NCBI GenBank assembly: GCA_963757635.1
Contig: CAVWSK010000006.1
Span: 263,613-327,612 of the forward strand
Reading direction: 5' to 3'
From: an uncultured Actinomycetota bacterium
Lineage (GTDB): Bacteria; Actinomycetota; Actinomycetes; Actinomycetales; Dermatophilaceae
DNA length: 64,000 bases
Positions 20,034-29,575 of the stretch are shown here, in pieces. Below the pieces are notes generated by a model. That model did not search any database, was not told where the DNA came from, and saw only the letters and a program-made list of their open reading frames with translations. Each line of letters opens with the position of its first letter. Position 1 is the stretch's first letter. The position numbers were made by a program, and so were the translations under genes.

Positions 20034-20827
20034 CGCGCGATCATCTCCGGCTGGTCCTCGTGGTCGGTACGTCCCTGGTGTCCGTCCCCATCCTGCCCCG
20101 CTGTGGTCGGCGACGTCCGCGCCCCCACCCCATCATCCCCCGGCACCCCGGGAAGCCGCCACGACCTGCGGTGGAGGTCGGTCGCGCCCAGGGCCTCGAG
20201 GGCCGCGAGGTGCTCAGGGGCGGCATACCCCTTGTTCTCGTCCCAGGCGTAGGCAGGATGGTGCGGCGCGGCGGCGGTCATGAGTCCGTCGCGCTCCACC
20301 TTGGCCAGCACCGACGCCGCCGCCACCGAGGAGCACTTCAGGTCGGCCTTGACCATGGTCGTCACGGGCGGGGTCGGGGGCCCGTCGCTCCCGGTGAACG
20401 CGAAGAGGCCGACGTCCTGTGGTGCGGTGAGCCAGTCGTGGTTGCCGTCGAGGATCACCAGGTCGGGGCGAACGTCCACGGACGCCAGGGCACGGCAGCC
20501 CGCGAGCCGCAGCGCCGCGATGATCCCGATCTCGTCGATCTCGGCCGGGGTGGCGTGGCCCACCGCGTACGCCAGGGCCCAGCGGCGGATCCGCGGGACC
20601 ATCGCCACCCGGGCGGCGGGCGTGAGCAGCTTGGAGTCCTTGACGCCCGCCGGGGCGCTGCGGCAGGACTCGTCGATGAGCACGACGCCGACGCTCACGG
20701 GCCCGGCCAGCGCTCCACGACCGACCTCGTCCATCCCCGCCAGGATGCGGTGTCCCTCGCGCTGCAGTGCACGTTCGACCCGGAGCGAGGGCTTGCGGGT
20801 GCGCCCGGTGGGGGCAGTGGGGGCCAC
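20030..20827 (-). CDS. rnhB: Ribonuclease HII
   Basis: [47 protein letters not shown]. Confidence 0.95.
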   Translation of the reverse strand: MAPTAPTGRTRKPSLRVERALQREGHRILAGMDEVGRGALAGPVSVGVVLIDESCRSAPAGVKDSKLLTPAARVAMVPRIRRWALAYAVGHATPAEIDEIGIIAALRLAGCRALASVDVRPDLVILDGNHDWLTAPQDVGLFAFTGSDGPPTPPVTTMVKADLKCSSVAAASVLAKVERDGLMTAAAPHHPAYAWDENKGYAAPEHLAALEALGATDLHRRSWRLPGVPGDDGVGARTSPTTAGQDGDGHQGRTDHEDQPEMIAR

Positions 20828-20830
20828 GGG

Positions 20831-22147
20831 TCAGCCGCCCCCGACCGTGGCGCCGTCACCACCGGGGACCTCGGTGCCGCCCTGGTCGGCTCCCGGGTCA
20901 CCCGGTGGCTCCCGGGCGGGCAGGCCCTGGTCGACCGGACTCGGCGACGGCACCTTGGCGAACGTGGAGGTGGGGTTGGACAGCCAGGTGAAGTGGTTCA
21001 GCGGCCAGATGAGCACGACGGCGCGGCCCACGATCAGCCGCTCGTCGACCGAGCCGCGGCTGCCGTCGTTCTCGGGGCTGTCGTGGGCGCGGGAGTCCGC
21101 CGAGTTCGACCGGTGGTCGCCCATCACCCAGACCCGGCCCTTGGGCACCGTGATGTCGAAGTCCTGCTCGCTCGGAGCGTCGCCCGGCTTGAGGTAGGGC
21201 TCTTGGATGGGGGTGCCGTTGACGGTGATCCGGCCGCCTTCGTCGCAGCAGACCACGTGGTCCCCGGGGAGCCCGATGACCCGCTTGATGAGGTGGTTCT
21301 CGGCGTCATCGGGCAGCAGGCCGATGAAGGTCATGGTGTCGCGCAGCAACGTCACGGCCGCGCCGTGCGGCTGCTGGGGCGTCTCGTCGAGCCAGCTGCC
21401 CGGGTCGGCGAAGACGATGATGTCGCCGCGCTTGAGGTCGACCGGTCCGGGCGTCAGCTTGCTGACGATCACCCGGTCGTTGAGGACCAGGGTGTCCTCC
21501 ATCGACCCCGAGGGGATGTAGAACGCCTGGAGCAGCCAGGTCTTGACGATGAACGACAGCACCAACGCCATGCCGACGACGATGACGAACTCCTTGGCGG
21601 CGGCCAGCATCACCGAGAGGCCGCCCGCAGCGGTGGACTCGGCCTCGCGGCGCTCGCCCCTGCTCGTGGCGGCCTCGCCGGTCGGCCCCGTGTCACCGTC
21701 GTCCGGCTCGCCCCGGGGCTCGTCCGATCCCTGGGCCGCTGCGGCACCGGCCGGCGCCTGGTGTGCCGCGGCCGCGGCATACGAGGGCACGTGCGGTCTC
21801 GCCGGGCGCTGCGGCTGCTGGGCACGCGGGGTGTGGCCCTGCGGTGTCCACGGGGCGACGGGCGCCGATGGCTCGTCACCCAGGGTCGGCGGGACCCCGG
21901 TGTCGTGCGCCTCCGCCGCGCTCGGTGCCACAGGCGCCACGGTGACCTCGGGCTCGAGCCATGCGGGGTCGCGCGTGGGGACCTCACCAGCAGCTCCCTC
22001 GGCCGGGAGGTCGTGACGCAGCCACGGGCTGCTGGTGCTCTCGTCCGCCTGGTCGTGGGTGGCGGAGCCTGCGTCGCCGTCGAGGCCGGGCCTGCCGTCG
22101 TATCCGAGCCAGCCCTCGGGGCGCGGCTCGTCCGGGGTGGGGGTCAC
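20831..22147 (-). CDS. lepB: Signal peptidase I with a long low-complexity N-terminal extension
   Basis: FYIPSGSM (Ser), LIKRVIG (Lys), GDHRSNSADSR; start taken at the GTG overlapping the upstream TGA (GTGA 22144-22147). Confidence 0.88.
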   Translation of the reverse strand: MTPTPDEPRPEGWLGYDGRPGLDGDAGSATHDQADESTSSPWLRHDLPAEGAAGEVPTRDPAWLEPEVTVAPVAPSAAEAHDTGVPPTLGDEPSAPVAPWTPQGHTPRAQQPQRPARPHVPSYAAAAAHQAPAGAAAAQGSDEPRGEPDDGDTGPTGEAATSRGERREAESTAAGGLSVMLAAAKEFVIVVGMALVLSFIVKTWLLQAFYIPSGSMEDTLVLNDRVIVSKLTPGPVDLKRGDIIVFADPGSWLDETPQQPHGAAVTLLRDTMTFIGLLPDDAENHLIKRVIGLPGDHVVCCDEGGRITVNGTPIQEPYLKPGDAPSEQDFDITVPKGRVWVMGDHRSNSADSRAHDSPENDGSRGSVDERLIVGRAVVLIWPLNHFTWLSNPTSTFAKVPSPSPVDQGLPAREPPGDPGADQGGTEVPGGDGATVGGG

Positions 22148-22887
22148 GGGGTGGTCGCTCTCGGGATGCGCGCCAGGCTGGCGGGGGTGCTGAAACCCCC
22201 GATGCGGGACAACGGCCAGTAGGTCGCGCCGGCCCGACCGATGACGTCGCTGAGGCGTACCGTGCCGCCACCGGGGTCGCCGAGGTGCGAGCGCGAGTCG
22301 GCGCTGTCGCTGCGGTGGTCGCCCATGACCCAGAGCCGCCCCGCAGGCACGGTGATGTCGAAGGTCAGGTCGCTGGGCGCGTCGCCCGGCTGCAGGTAGG
22401 TCTCGGTCACGGACGAGCCGTTCACGACGAGGTGGTGCTCGGCGTCGCAGCACACGACGTGGTCACCGGGCAGCCCCACGACCCGCTTGACGAAGTCCTG
22501 CTCGCCGAGGTTGACGCCCACCAGGGAGGCCGCGCCGGACAGCACGCGCCCGACCGGCCCGTCGTCCTGGTGGGGCGTACGGTCACCAGCGGCGAAGCTC
22601 GTCGTCCCGTCGAACACGACCACGTCACCTCGACTGAGGTCGGCGCCGGACACGAGCTTGTTGACCAGGATCCGGTCACCCGGCTCGATCGTCGGCTCCA
22701 TGGAGCCCGAGGGGACGAAGAAGGACTGCACGAGCAGACCTCGTACCAGCAGCATCACCACGAGGGCGATCCCGATGAGCACGAGCCACGAGGGGCCCTT
22801 CTGGGAGTGCTCGGACTGCACCGCCGCGTCAGCCTCGGCTGACGCGGCGGGCGGGTCCTGCTGGGAGGATTCGCGTCCGGGGTTCAT
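22144..22887 (-). CDS. lepB: Signal peptidase I
   Basis: FFVPSGSMEPT, FVKRVVG, GDHRSDSADSR, single TM anchor. Confidence 0.93.
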   Translation of the reverse strand: MNPGRESSQQDPPAASAEADAAVQSEHSQKGPSWLVLIGIALVVMLLVRGLLVQSFFVPSGSMEPTIEPGDRILVNKLVSGADLSRGDVVVFDGTTSFAAGDRTPHQDDGPVGRVLSGAASLVGVNLGEQDFVKRVVGLPGDHVVCCDAEHHLVVNGSSVTETYLQPGDAPSDLTFDITVPAGRLWVMGDHRSDSADSRSHLGDPGGGTVRLSDVIGRAGATYWPLSRIGGFSTPASLARIPRATTP

Positions 22888-22957
22888 CGTGTCCGGAGCC
22901 TAACTCGCGAGGCTGGGTCACGGTCGTCCGGGACACCCCGGAGGGAGAAGATTCCGC

Positions 22958-23317
22958 CTACTTGGCGGGAATCGAGTCGCGCTTCTCCTTGATCTTGGCG
23001 GCCTTGCCGCGCAGGTCGCGCAGGTAGTAGAGCTTGGCGCGACGGACGTCACCACGGGTGACGACCTCGATCTTGTCGATGATCGGGGTGTGCAGCGGGA
23101 AGGTGCGCTCCACGCCGACACCGAAGGACACCTTGCGGACCGTGAAGGTCTCGCCGATGCCACCACCGTGACGACGGATCACGACGCCCTTGAAGACCTG
23201 GACGCGGGAGCGGGTGCCCTCGACGACCTTGACGTGCACGTTGACCGTGTCACCGGCGCGGAAGGCGGGGATGTCATCGCGCAGGGAGGCCTGGTCGATG
23301 TCGTCGAAACGCTGCAT
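22958..23317 (-). CDS. rplS: 50S ribosomal protein L19
   Basis: [39 protein letters not shown]. Confidence 0.98.
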   Translation of the reverse strand: MQRFDDIDQASLRDDIPAFRAGDTVNVHVKVVEGTRSRVQVFKGVVIRRHGGGIGETFTVRKVSFGVGVERTFPLHTPIIDKIEVVTRGDVRRAKLYYLRDLRGKAAKIKEKRDSIPAK

Positions 23318-23616
23318 GGCAGATATCGCTTTCTTCTCGGCGCCACAGGTCGCCCAGGGTGTTGGGTGGTGCTTGGTGAATGGGGCGTGCAGTGCGCCGT
23401 GGTGCACGACCGGCCGCGTGGCCGGATCGGTGTCCGGCCACTCCCCCTGTGGCAGGGGCGTGGTCATGCTGGCGCAACGGGTCATTCTGCCATGAGCAGG
23501 GTCCCGGGCAGAAATCCACGCGGCCGACCCGACCGGGGCGGCCGGCCCCGTCGTCCGCTGACCGCGACACGGACCCGTGGGAGGACCATGTCGCACGCAC
23601 CCCCTACGGTGGCACC

Positions 23617-24375
23617 GTGAGCATCGACCCGGGCTGGCCCGTCGCCCTGGCGTTGGTGGCGTTGCTGGCGATCGCCGTGGCGGCACACCGGGTCAGCGGC
23701 TACGGCCTGGAGCGCCCGGTCGTCGTCGCCGCCCTCCGTGCGATCCTCCAGCTCGGGGTCGCCGCCCTGCTCATCGCCGCGGTCATCGACAACCTGCTCC
23801 TGTCGATAGCCCTGGTCTGCGGGATGTTCGCCATGGGCGTGCTGACCACGTCACGCCGCGTGGAGGCGCCGCGGGCCTGGGCCTACGCCGCCCTCGCGAT
23901 GGCCGCAGGGATCGTCCCCGTCCTCGTGGTCGTCCTGGCCACCGGCACCATCCCCGCCCGCGGCATCGCCCTGATCCCCATCGCCGGCATCATCGTCGGC
24001 AACGCGATGACCGGGCACACCCTCGTGGGGCGTCGGGCCTTCGCCGCGCTCCGCGAGGAGCACGCGCAGTACGAAGCCTGTCTGTCGCTCGGGCTGCTAC
24101 CGGGCCAGGCCGTCCGCGAGATCATCCACCGACGCGTGCCCGAGGCGCTGCTCCCGGGACTCGACCAGGTCAAGACCACCGGGGTGGTGACGCTGCCCGG
24201 TGCCTTCATCGGGGTGATGCTCGGAGGCGGTAGCCCCGTCCAGGCAGCGACGGCGCAGGTGCTGGTGCTCTTCGGCATCATGGCCGCGCAGACGGTCACG
24301 GTCGCGGTGGCCGAGCGCCTCATCGCCGCCCGTCGCCTCGTACCCGACGACCTCGCCGCAGCGCTCGTCGACTAG
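23617..24375 (+). CDS. UPF0014/FetB-type ABC transporter permease
   Basis: [45 protein letters not shown]; TACGGT -10 lies 6 nt before the GTG. Confidence 0.88.
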   Translation: MSIDPGWPVALALVALLAIAVAAHRVSGYGLERPVVVAALRAILQLGVAALLIAAVIDNLLLSIALVCGMFAMGVLTTSRRVEAPRAWAYAALAMAAGIVPVLVVVLATGTIPARGIALIPIAGIIVGNAMTGHTLVGRRAFAALREEHAQYEACLSLGLLPGQAVREIIHRRVPEALLPGLDQVKTTGVVTLPGAFIGVMLGGGSPVQAATAQVLVLFGIMAAQTVTVAVAERLIAARRLVPDDLAAALVD

Positions 24376-25596
24376 TCAGCGGCGGCGCTTGAGCAGGTCC
24401 ACCGTGCCCGGGAAGGTGCCCTCGCCGGCCTGCACCCGGTAGCCGGCCCTGCGATAGATCCGCAGGTTGCGTTCGCTGCGGTGCCCGGTGTTGAGCCAGT
24501 ATGCCGACGCGGCCGCCGGTGCCGCGCCTTCCGCCAGGGCCAGCAGGGCCCGGCCCAGACCGCGGCCCTGCAGGTCCGCTGCGACCATGATGCGACCGAT
24601 CTGCCACAGGCTCGGGTCCGCAGGGTCGGTGCGGGCCCGCACCGAGGCGACCAGCCGGGCGCCGTGCCGGACCACCCAGGTGTGCCAGGCCGCGATCCCC
24701 TCGACGACCTCGTCGAGGGTCTCGACCAGCGCCGGGATGTCGAGGGCGTCGTTGGCCTGCGCCTCGCTCACCCAGCACGCGCGGCTGAGCACCATCAGCT
24801 CGGCGGCGTCCCCTGCGGCGGCGGTCCGCACCTCGAGCCCCTCGAGCCCGGCCACCCCCGCCCCGATGGCCTGCGAGGGGTGCAGCAGGTCGGGGCGGCG
24901 AGCGGCGGTGCGCTCGAGTCGCTGCTGGTGGCGCCACGAGGCGATGGCCCCGTGGTCGCCGGACAGCAGGACCCCGGGCACCTCGCGCGTCACGCCGGGC
25001 GCGGACTCCCACACGGCGGGCTTGGTGTAGACGGGGTACTCGAGCAGGCCGTCCTCGTGCGACTCCTCGACCAGCGACTCGGCGTTGCCGATGACTCCGG
25101 GCAGCAGGCGGGCGACCGCCTCGACCATGGCCAGCACCGCCACCTCTCCGCCGTTGAGGACGTAGTCCCCGAGCGACACCACGCTCACCTCGAGGCCGAG
25201 GTCCTGCGCGGCATACTCGTAGACGCGCTCGTCGATGCCCTCGTAACGTCCACAGGCGAAGACGAGCCACTGCTCCTGGGCGAGCTCTCGCGCCATGGCC
25301 TGGGTGAACGGCGTCCCCCCGGGTCCGGGGACGACCACCCGTGGGCGCAACCCCTCGACGCCCGAGGCCGCCACCGTCGCCAGCGCCTCGGCCCACGGCT
25401 GGGGCTTCATCACCATGCCCGCGCCGCCCCCATAGGGCGTGTCGTCCACCGACCGGTGGCGGTCGTGGGCGAAGTCGCGCAGGTCGTGCACGGTGAGGTC
25501 CAGCAGGCCCTCGCGCCTCGCCCTGCCGATCAGCGACAGCTCGAGCGGTGCGAGGTAGTCGGGGAAGATCGAGACGACGTCGAGCCGCACGCTCAC
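24376..25596 (-). CDS. trmD: tRNA (guanine37-N1)-methyltransferase fused to a C-terminal GNAT domain
   Basis: [44 protein letters not shown], then [19 protein letters not shown] and [10 protein letters not shown]. Confidence 0.95.
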   Translation of the reverse strand: MSVRLDVVSIFPDYLAPLELSLIGRARREGLLDLTVHDLRDFAHDRHRSVDDTPYGGGAGMVMKPQPWAEALATVAASGVEGLRPRVVVPGPGGTPFTQAMARELAQEQWLVFACGRYEGIDERVYEYAAQDLGLEVSVVSLGDYVLNGGEVAVLAMVEAVARLLPGVIGNAESLVEESHEDGLLEYPVYTKPAVWESAPGVTREVPGVLLSGDHGAIASWRHQQRLERTAARRPDLLHPSQAIGAGVAGLEGLEVRTAAAGDAAELMVLSRACWVSEAQANDALDIPALVETLDEVVEGIAAWHTWVVRHGARLVASVRARTDPADPSLWQIGRIMVAADLQGRGLGRALLALAEGAAPAAASAYWLNTGHRSERNLRIYRRAGYRVQAGEGTFPGTVDLLKRRR

Positions 25597-26144
25597 TCCC
25601 CCTGGTTGAGCTCGAGCAGCCCCGGCGGGGGGTCGACCACGACCCGACCGCCCTCGAGGTCGACCTCGGGCACGATCGCCTCGACGAACGGGAGCAGGGC
25701 CTCGGTCCCGGTGGTCAGGGCAACCACGAGCAGGTCCTGCGCGGTGCGCGTCTCGAGGCCGGTGACGGTTCCGAGGACGGTGCCGTCCCGGCCGACCACA
25801 CTCAGGCCGACGAGCTCGTCCTCGTAGTAGCCCTCCTCGCCCTCCTCGACGCCGCCGCCGGCGAGCTCCTGGGCGTCGAGGAACAGCTGGGTGCCGCGCA
25901 GCGACTCGGCGCCGGTGCGGTCGGGGACCTGCTCGAAGCCCAGCAGCCAGATCTCGCGGTGCAGCCGAGCCGAGGCCAGCGTGAGCTCGCGCGGGACACC
26001 GGAGCCGGGTGCCGCCTGCGTGGCGAACACCGCACCCTCGACGAAGCGTCGCTCCGGGTCGTCGGTGTGCGTCTGCACGGTGACCTCCCCGCGCAGCCCG
26101 TGGGGCTTGCCGATGCGGGCGACGAGCACAGGGTCGGTGGCCAT
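25593..26144 (-). CDS. rimM: Ribosome maturation factor RimM
   Basis: [40 protein letters not shown]. Confidence 0.96.
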   Translation of the reverse strand: MATDPVLVARIGKPHGLRGEVTVQTHTDDPERRFVEGAVFATQAAPGSGVPRELTLASARLHREIWLLGFEQVPDRTGAESLRGTQLFLDAQELAGGGVEEGEEGYYEDELVGLSVVGRDGTVLGTVTGLETRTAQDLLVVALTTGTEALLPFVEAIVPEVDLEGGRVVVDPPPGLLELNQGE

Positions 26145-26178
26145 GGCGACGATCCTCTCAGGTGGTGGTGGGCACACG

Positions 26179-26216
26179 TCGAGGGCCGCCGGGACGGCAG
26201 TCCCGGCGGCCCTCGA
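26179..26216 (-). terminator. Perfect 17-bp hairpin between khpA and rimM
   Basis: TCGAGGGCCGCCGGGAC-GGCA-GTCCCGGCGGCCCTCGA. Confidence 0.85.
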
Positions 26217-26228
26217 AGGGTGGAACGG

Positions 26229-26471
26229 TCAGCGCACCCGGTCGGTGTCGACGATGTCGACCCGGACGGTGTGGCCACCGGCGAGCGCACCCATGACGGT
26301 GCGCAGCGCACTGGCGGTGCGACCGGAGCGGCCGATCACGCGCCCGAGGTCGTCGGGGTGCACCCGGACCTCGAGCACCTCACCGCGTCGCAGCTCCTTG
26401 CGTCGCACGGCCACCTCGTCCTTGTGGTCGACGATGCCCTTCACGAGGTGCTCGAGCGCCTCTTCCAGCAC
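26229..26471 (-). CDS. khpA: KH-domain RNA-binding protein
   Basis: LEHLVKGIVD, VHPDDLGRVIGRSGRTASALRTV; lies between rpsP and rimM. Confidence 0.93.
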   Translation of the reverse strand: MLEEALEHLVKGIVDHKDEVAVRRKELRRGEVLEVRVHPDDLGRVIGRSGRTASALRTVMGALAGGHTVRVDIVDTDRVR

Positions 26472-26473
26472 GC

Positions 26474-27193
26474 TCAGGCTCCGGCCTTGACGAAGCCGGC
26501 AGCCTGCGCAGCCTCGGCGGTCTTGAACCAGACCTCGGCAACGGTCTGCTCGTACCACTGGCCGTCGGGCTCGTGGTACTTCATCGAGTCCTTGTTGCCC
26601 TTGATGGTGAAGCCCTCGGGGGCCGAACCGTCCTCGAGCGCCGGAGCGGAGTCGGCCGGTGCAGCCTCCTCAGCCTTGGGGGCCTCAGCCTTGGGCTCCT
26701 CGGCCTTGGGCTCCTCGGCCTTGGGGGCCTCAGCCTTGGGGGCCTCAGCCTTGGGCTCGTCGGCCTTGGGGGCCTCGACCGGCGCCTCGTCGGCCTTCTT
26801 GGCCGCACGCTTCTTGGGCGTGGTGGCGGTGTCCGCGCCGGCCTCGGACTTGCCCGCCGCGGCAATGGCCGCGTCGTACAGCTCCTTCTTGGACGGCTTG
26901 GCGGCCTTGATGCGCAAGGTGCCCTCGGCACCCGGCTCGCCCTTGAACTTCTGCCAGTCACCGGTCACCTTGAGCAGGGCGGCGACGGCTTCGGTCGGCT
27001 GCGCGCCCTGGGTCAGCCAGTACTGCGCGCGCTCGGAGTTGATGTCGATGACCGAGGGCTCCTCGGTGGGGTGGTACTTGCCGATCTCCTCGATGGCCCG
27101 GCCATCGCGCTTGGTGCGCGAGTCCATGATGACGACGCGGTAGAACGGTGCACGGATCTTGCCCATGCGCTTCAGACGAATCTTGACGGCCAC
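26474..27193 (-). CDS. rpsP: 30S ribosomal protein S16 with a repeat linker and an extra C-terminal domain
   Basis: [37 protein letters not shown]; the extension ends [27 protein letters not shown]. Confidence 0.97.
   Translation of the reverse strand: MAVKIRLKRMGKIRAPFYRVVIMDSRTKRDGRAIEEIGKYHPTEEPSVIDINSERAQYWLTQGAQPTEAVAALLKVTGDWQKFKGEPGAEGTLRIKAAKPSKKELYDAAIAAAGKSEAGADTATTPKKRAAKKADEAPVEAPKADEPKAEAPKAEAPKAEEPKAEEPKAEAPKAEEAAPADSAPALEDGSAPEGFTIKGNKDSMKYHEPDGQWYEQTVAEVWFKTAEAAQAAGFVKAGA
26671..26775. repeat. Seven tandem 15-bp repeats (C[A/G]GCCTTGGG[GGC/CTC][C/G]T) encoding (A/E)PKA(E/D) units in S16
   Basis: Seven consecutive units read directly from the sequence. Confidence 0.92.
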
Positions 27194-27414
27194 GGTTGTG
27201 GTGTCTCCTGTTTCTGTGTTGTGAGCGCGGCGAGACCGTGTGGGTCACGCGGGGAGCCGCAACTCGGGGTAGGCACCCAGGCAGCAAGGAACTTGCCCGG
27301 ACGGGTACAGCCGACCATTCTGCCAGACGGCGGGGGGTGCCCCGGACCACGCGCGGGCGACCCGGTACACCGGCCGTGCACAGGGGTACGCGGTGGCGGC
27401 GCGGCGCCCCGCCC

Positions 27415-28977
27415 TCACCAGGGGCTGGGCTCGAAGTCCTTGACGAAGCAGCCGTAGAGGTCCTCGCCGGCCTCGCCGCGCACGATCGGGTCGTAGACCC
27501 GGGCCGCACCGTCGACCAGGTCCAGCGGGGCGTGCCACCCCTCGGCGGCGATCCGCAGCTTCTCCAGGTGGGGTCGCTCGTCGGTGATCCAGCCGGTGTC
27601 GACGGCGGTCATGAGGATCCGGTCGGTCTCGAACATCTCCCCCGCGCTGGTGCGGGTGAGCATGTTGAGCGCGGCCTTCGCCATGTTGGTGTGCGGGTGC
27701 CCGGCACCCTTGTAGCGGCGCGAGAACTGGCCCTCCATGGCCGAGACGTTGACGACGTAGGCCCGCCGGGCCCCGCCGGCCACCGCCGCGCGCATGGCCG
27801 GGCGCAGCCGCGAGATCAGGATGAAGGGGGCGGTCGAGTTGCACAGCTGCACCTCGAGGAGCTCCAGCGGGTCGACCTCCTCGACCTTCTGCGTCCAGGA
27901 GTTGTTGACCTGGGTGTCCGGCAGCAGGCCACCGGCGTCGACCGCGGTGCCGGCGAGGTGCGCATCGAGGCTCGCGTGCCCGGCCGACAGGGACAGCGCC
28001 GTCATCGACGCCGCCGACCGGGCTGCCAGCTCCTGCTCGGCGTGCTGCGGGCTCTCGCCCTCGTGGTGGGCGACCTGGTGCTCACGCAGGGTGCCGATGA
28101 GCGCCGCCGGGTGGGCCTCGCTGATCCGGTCGAAGGTGACGAGCTCGGGCAGGTCGACGCCCTCGGGCAGCGGAGCGACCTCCCCGTCGACGAGGTGGCC
28201 GTAGGAGCCCGGTGACCGGCGCACGGTCTGGGCCGCGTTGTTGACCAGGATGTCGAGCGGCCCGGCGGCGGCCACCTCGTCGGCGAGCGCCACCACCTGG
28301 GTCGGGTCCCTCAGGTCGATGCCGACGACCTTGAGCCGGTGGATCCAGTCGGGGGCATCCTCCTGGGCGGCGAAACGCCGCGCCGCGTCGCGCGGAAAGC
28401 GGGTGGTGATCGTGAGGTGGGCACCGTCGCGCAGCAGCATCAAGGCGATGTACATGCCGATCTTGGCGCGGCCGCCGGTGAGCAGGGCCCGGCGACCGGT
28501 GAGGTCGGTGCGCTGGTCCCGCTTCGCATGGCTCAACGCCGCGCAGTCGGGGCAGAGCCAGTGGTAGAAGGCGTCGACGAGGGTGTACTCCGCCTTGCAG
28601 ATGTAGCAGCCGCGGGGCTTCATCAGCTCACCCGCGTGGGCGCCGCGGGCGGCGGAGACCAGGGCGATGCCCTTGGTCTCGTCGTCGATGCGCATGGGCG
28701 AACCGGTCGCCGTTCGCGCCAGGACCGCCTCGTCGTGGTCGACCTGGGGCTGGCGGGCCGCCCGACGGCGCGACTTGCGCACCCGCTTGTACATCCGGCC
28801 CGTGGCCCGCTTGATGGTCTCGATGTCCGGATGGCCGGCGTCGAGGGAGGGCAGCTGCTCGAGGACCCGCAGGGCCGTCGCGAGGTCCTCCGGCGCGATC
28901 TGCTGGAGGTCGACCTCGGGGGCAACCTCGAGGTCGACCTCGGGGGTGGTCGGCTCGGCGCCGCGGTCGGCGCTCAC
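27415..28977 (-). CDS. Atypical long SDR-family oxidoreductase with an N-terminal Cys (zinc-finger-like) region
   Basis: CYIC...LCPDC, LLTGGRAKIG, ILVNNAAQT, NVSAMEG, HTNMAKAALN. Confidence 0.85.
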   Translation of the reverse strand: MSADRGAEPTTPEVDLEVAPEVDLQQIAPEDLATALRVLEQLPSLDAGHPDIETIKRATGRMYKRVRKSRRRAARQPQVDHDEAVLARTATGSPMRIDDETKGIALVSAARGAHAGELMKPRGCYICKAEYTLVDAFYHWLCPDCAALSHAKRDQRTDLTGRRALLTGGRAKIGMYIALMLLRDGAHLTITTRFPRDAARRFAAQEDAPDWIHRLKVVGIDLRDPTQVVALADEVAAAGPLDILVNNAAQTVRRSPGSYGHLVDGEVAPLPEGVDLPELVTFDRISEAHPAALIGTLREHQVAHHEGESPQHAEQELAARSAASMTALSLSAGHASLDAHLAGTAVDAGGLLPDTQVNNSWTQKVEEVDPLELLEVQLCNSTAPFILISRLRPAMRAAVAGGARRAYVVNVSAMEGQFSRRYKGAGHPHTNMAKAALNMLTRTSAGEMFETDRILMTAVDTGWITDERPHLEKLRIAAEGWHAPLDLVDGAARVYDPIVRGEAGEDLYGCFVKDFEPSPW

Positions 28978-29438
28978 CGGCTGCGCCAGGCGTCGGGGTC
29001 GGCAGCCAGGGCAGCGACTCGGGGGGGCAGCTCACCGGACAGGACGTCGGACAGGCTGGTCTCGTCGAGCACGGACCGCAGGCTGGCGCGCACGGCCACC
29101 CACACCGTGGGCAGGTGCGAGGCGACCCCGTCGTAGCTGGTCTCGTGGGGTCGTAGGCCCCGCACCTCGGCCAGCGGGCCGTCGACGGCGCGGAACACGT
29201 CACCGAGCGTGATGTCCCGGGCCTCGCGGGTCAGGGCGTAGCCGCCCCGGGCGCCACGGGTGCTCCGGACCAGCCCCGCGGTGCGCAGGTCGGCGACGAT
29301 CGCCTCGAGGAACTTGCGCGGCAGGCTCTGCCGGAAGGCCAGGGTCTCGACGCTGACCGGACCGCTGGCGGTGCTCGACGCCTCGGCCAGGATCAGCATC
29401 GCCCTGACGGCGTACTCCGTCCGCGCCGAGATGTCCAC
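28974..29438 (-). CDS. Rrf2-family regulator without cysteines (CymR-like)
   Basis: ISARTEYAVRAM, FLEAI, STRGARGGYAL, ITLGDVFRAVDGPL; no Cys in the protein; GAGAAT hexamer lies 6 nt before GTG 29438. Confidence 0.9.
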   Translation of the reverse strand: MDISARTEYAVRAMLILAEASSTASGPVSVETLAFRQSLPRKFLEAIVADLRTAGLVRSTRGARGGYALTREARDITLGDVFRAVDGPLAEVRGLRPHETSYDGVASHLPTVWVAVRASLRSVLDETSLSDVLSGELPPRVAALAADPDAWRSR

Positions 29439-29504
29439 GCGCGCATTCTCGCTCATCCCCGCGGTGGGGCCGCATCCAGCATCCGAGACATAACCTTGTG
29501 TTAC

Positions 29505-29553
29505 TTGACCCATAACTCATGGATGCACAAACTCCTATACGTCAGATCGGAAT
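29505..29553 (+). promoter_or_regulatory. Probable sigmaA-type promoter of the TauE gene with an overlapping palindromic operator
   Basis: TTGACC(29505-10)-17 nt-CAAACT(29528-33); imperfect palindrome ACTCCTAT-N7-ATCGGAAT (29531-29553). Confidence 0.6.
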
Positions 29554-29575
29554 ACCGCCTCCCGGAAGCCAGCCC

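Noticed and set aside
26671-26775. Regular short repeats as a possible CRISPR array
   Set aside because: The 15-bp units are contiguous with no spacers, in frame within rpsP, and there are no cas genes.
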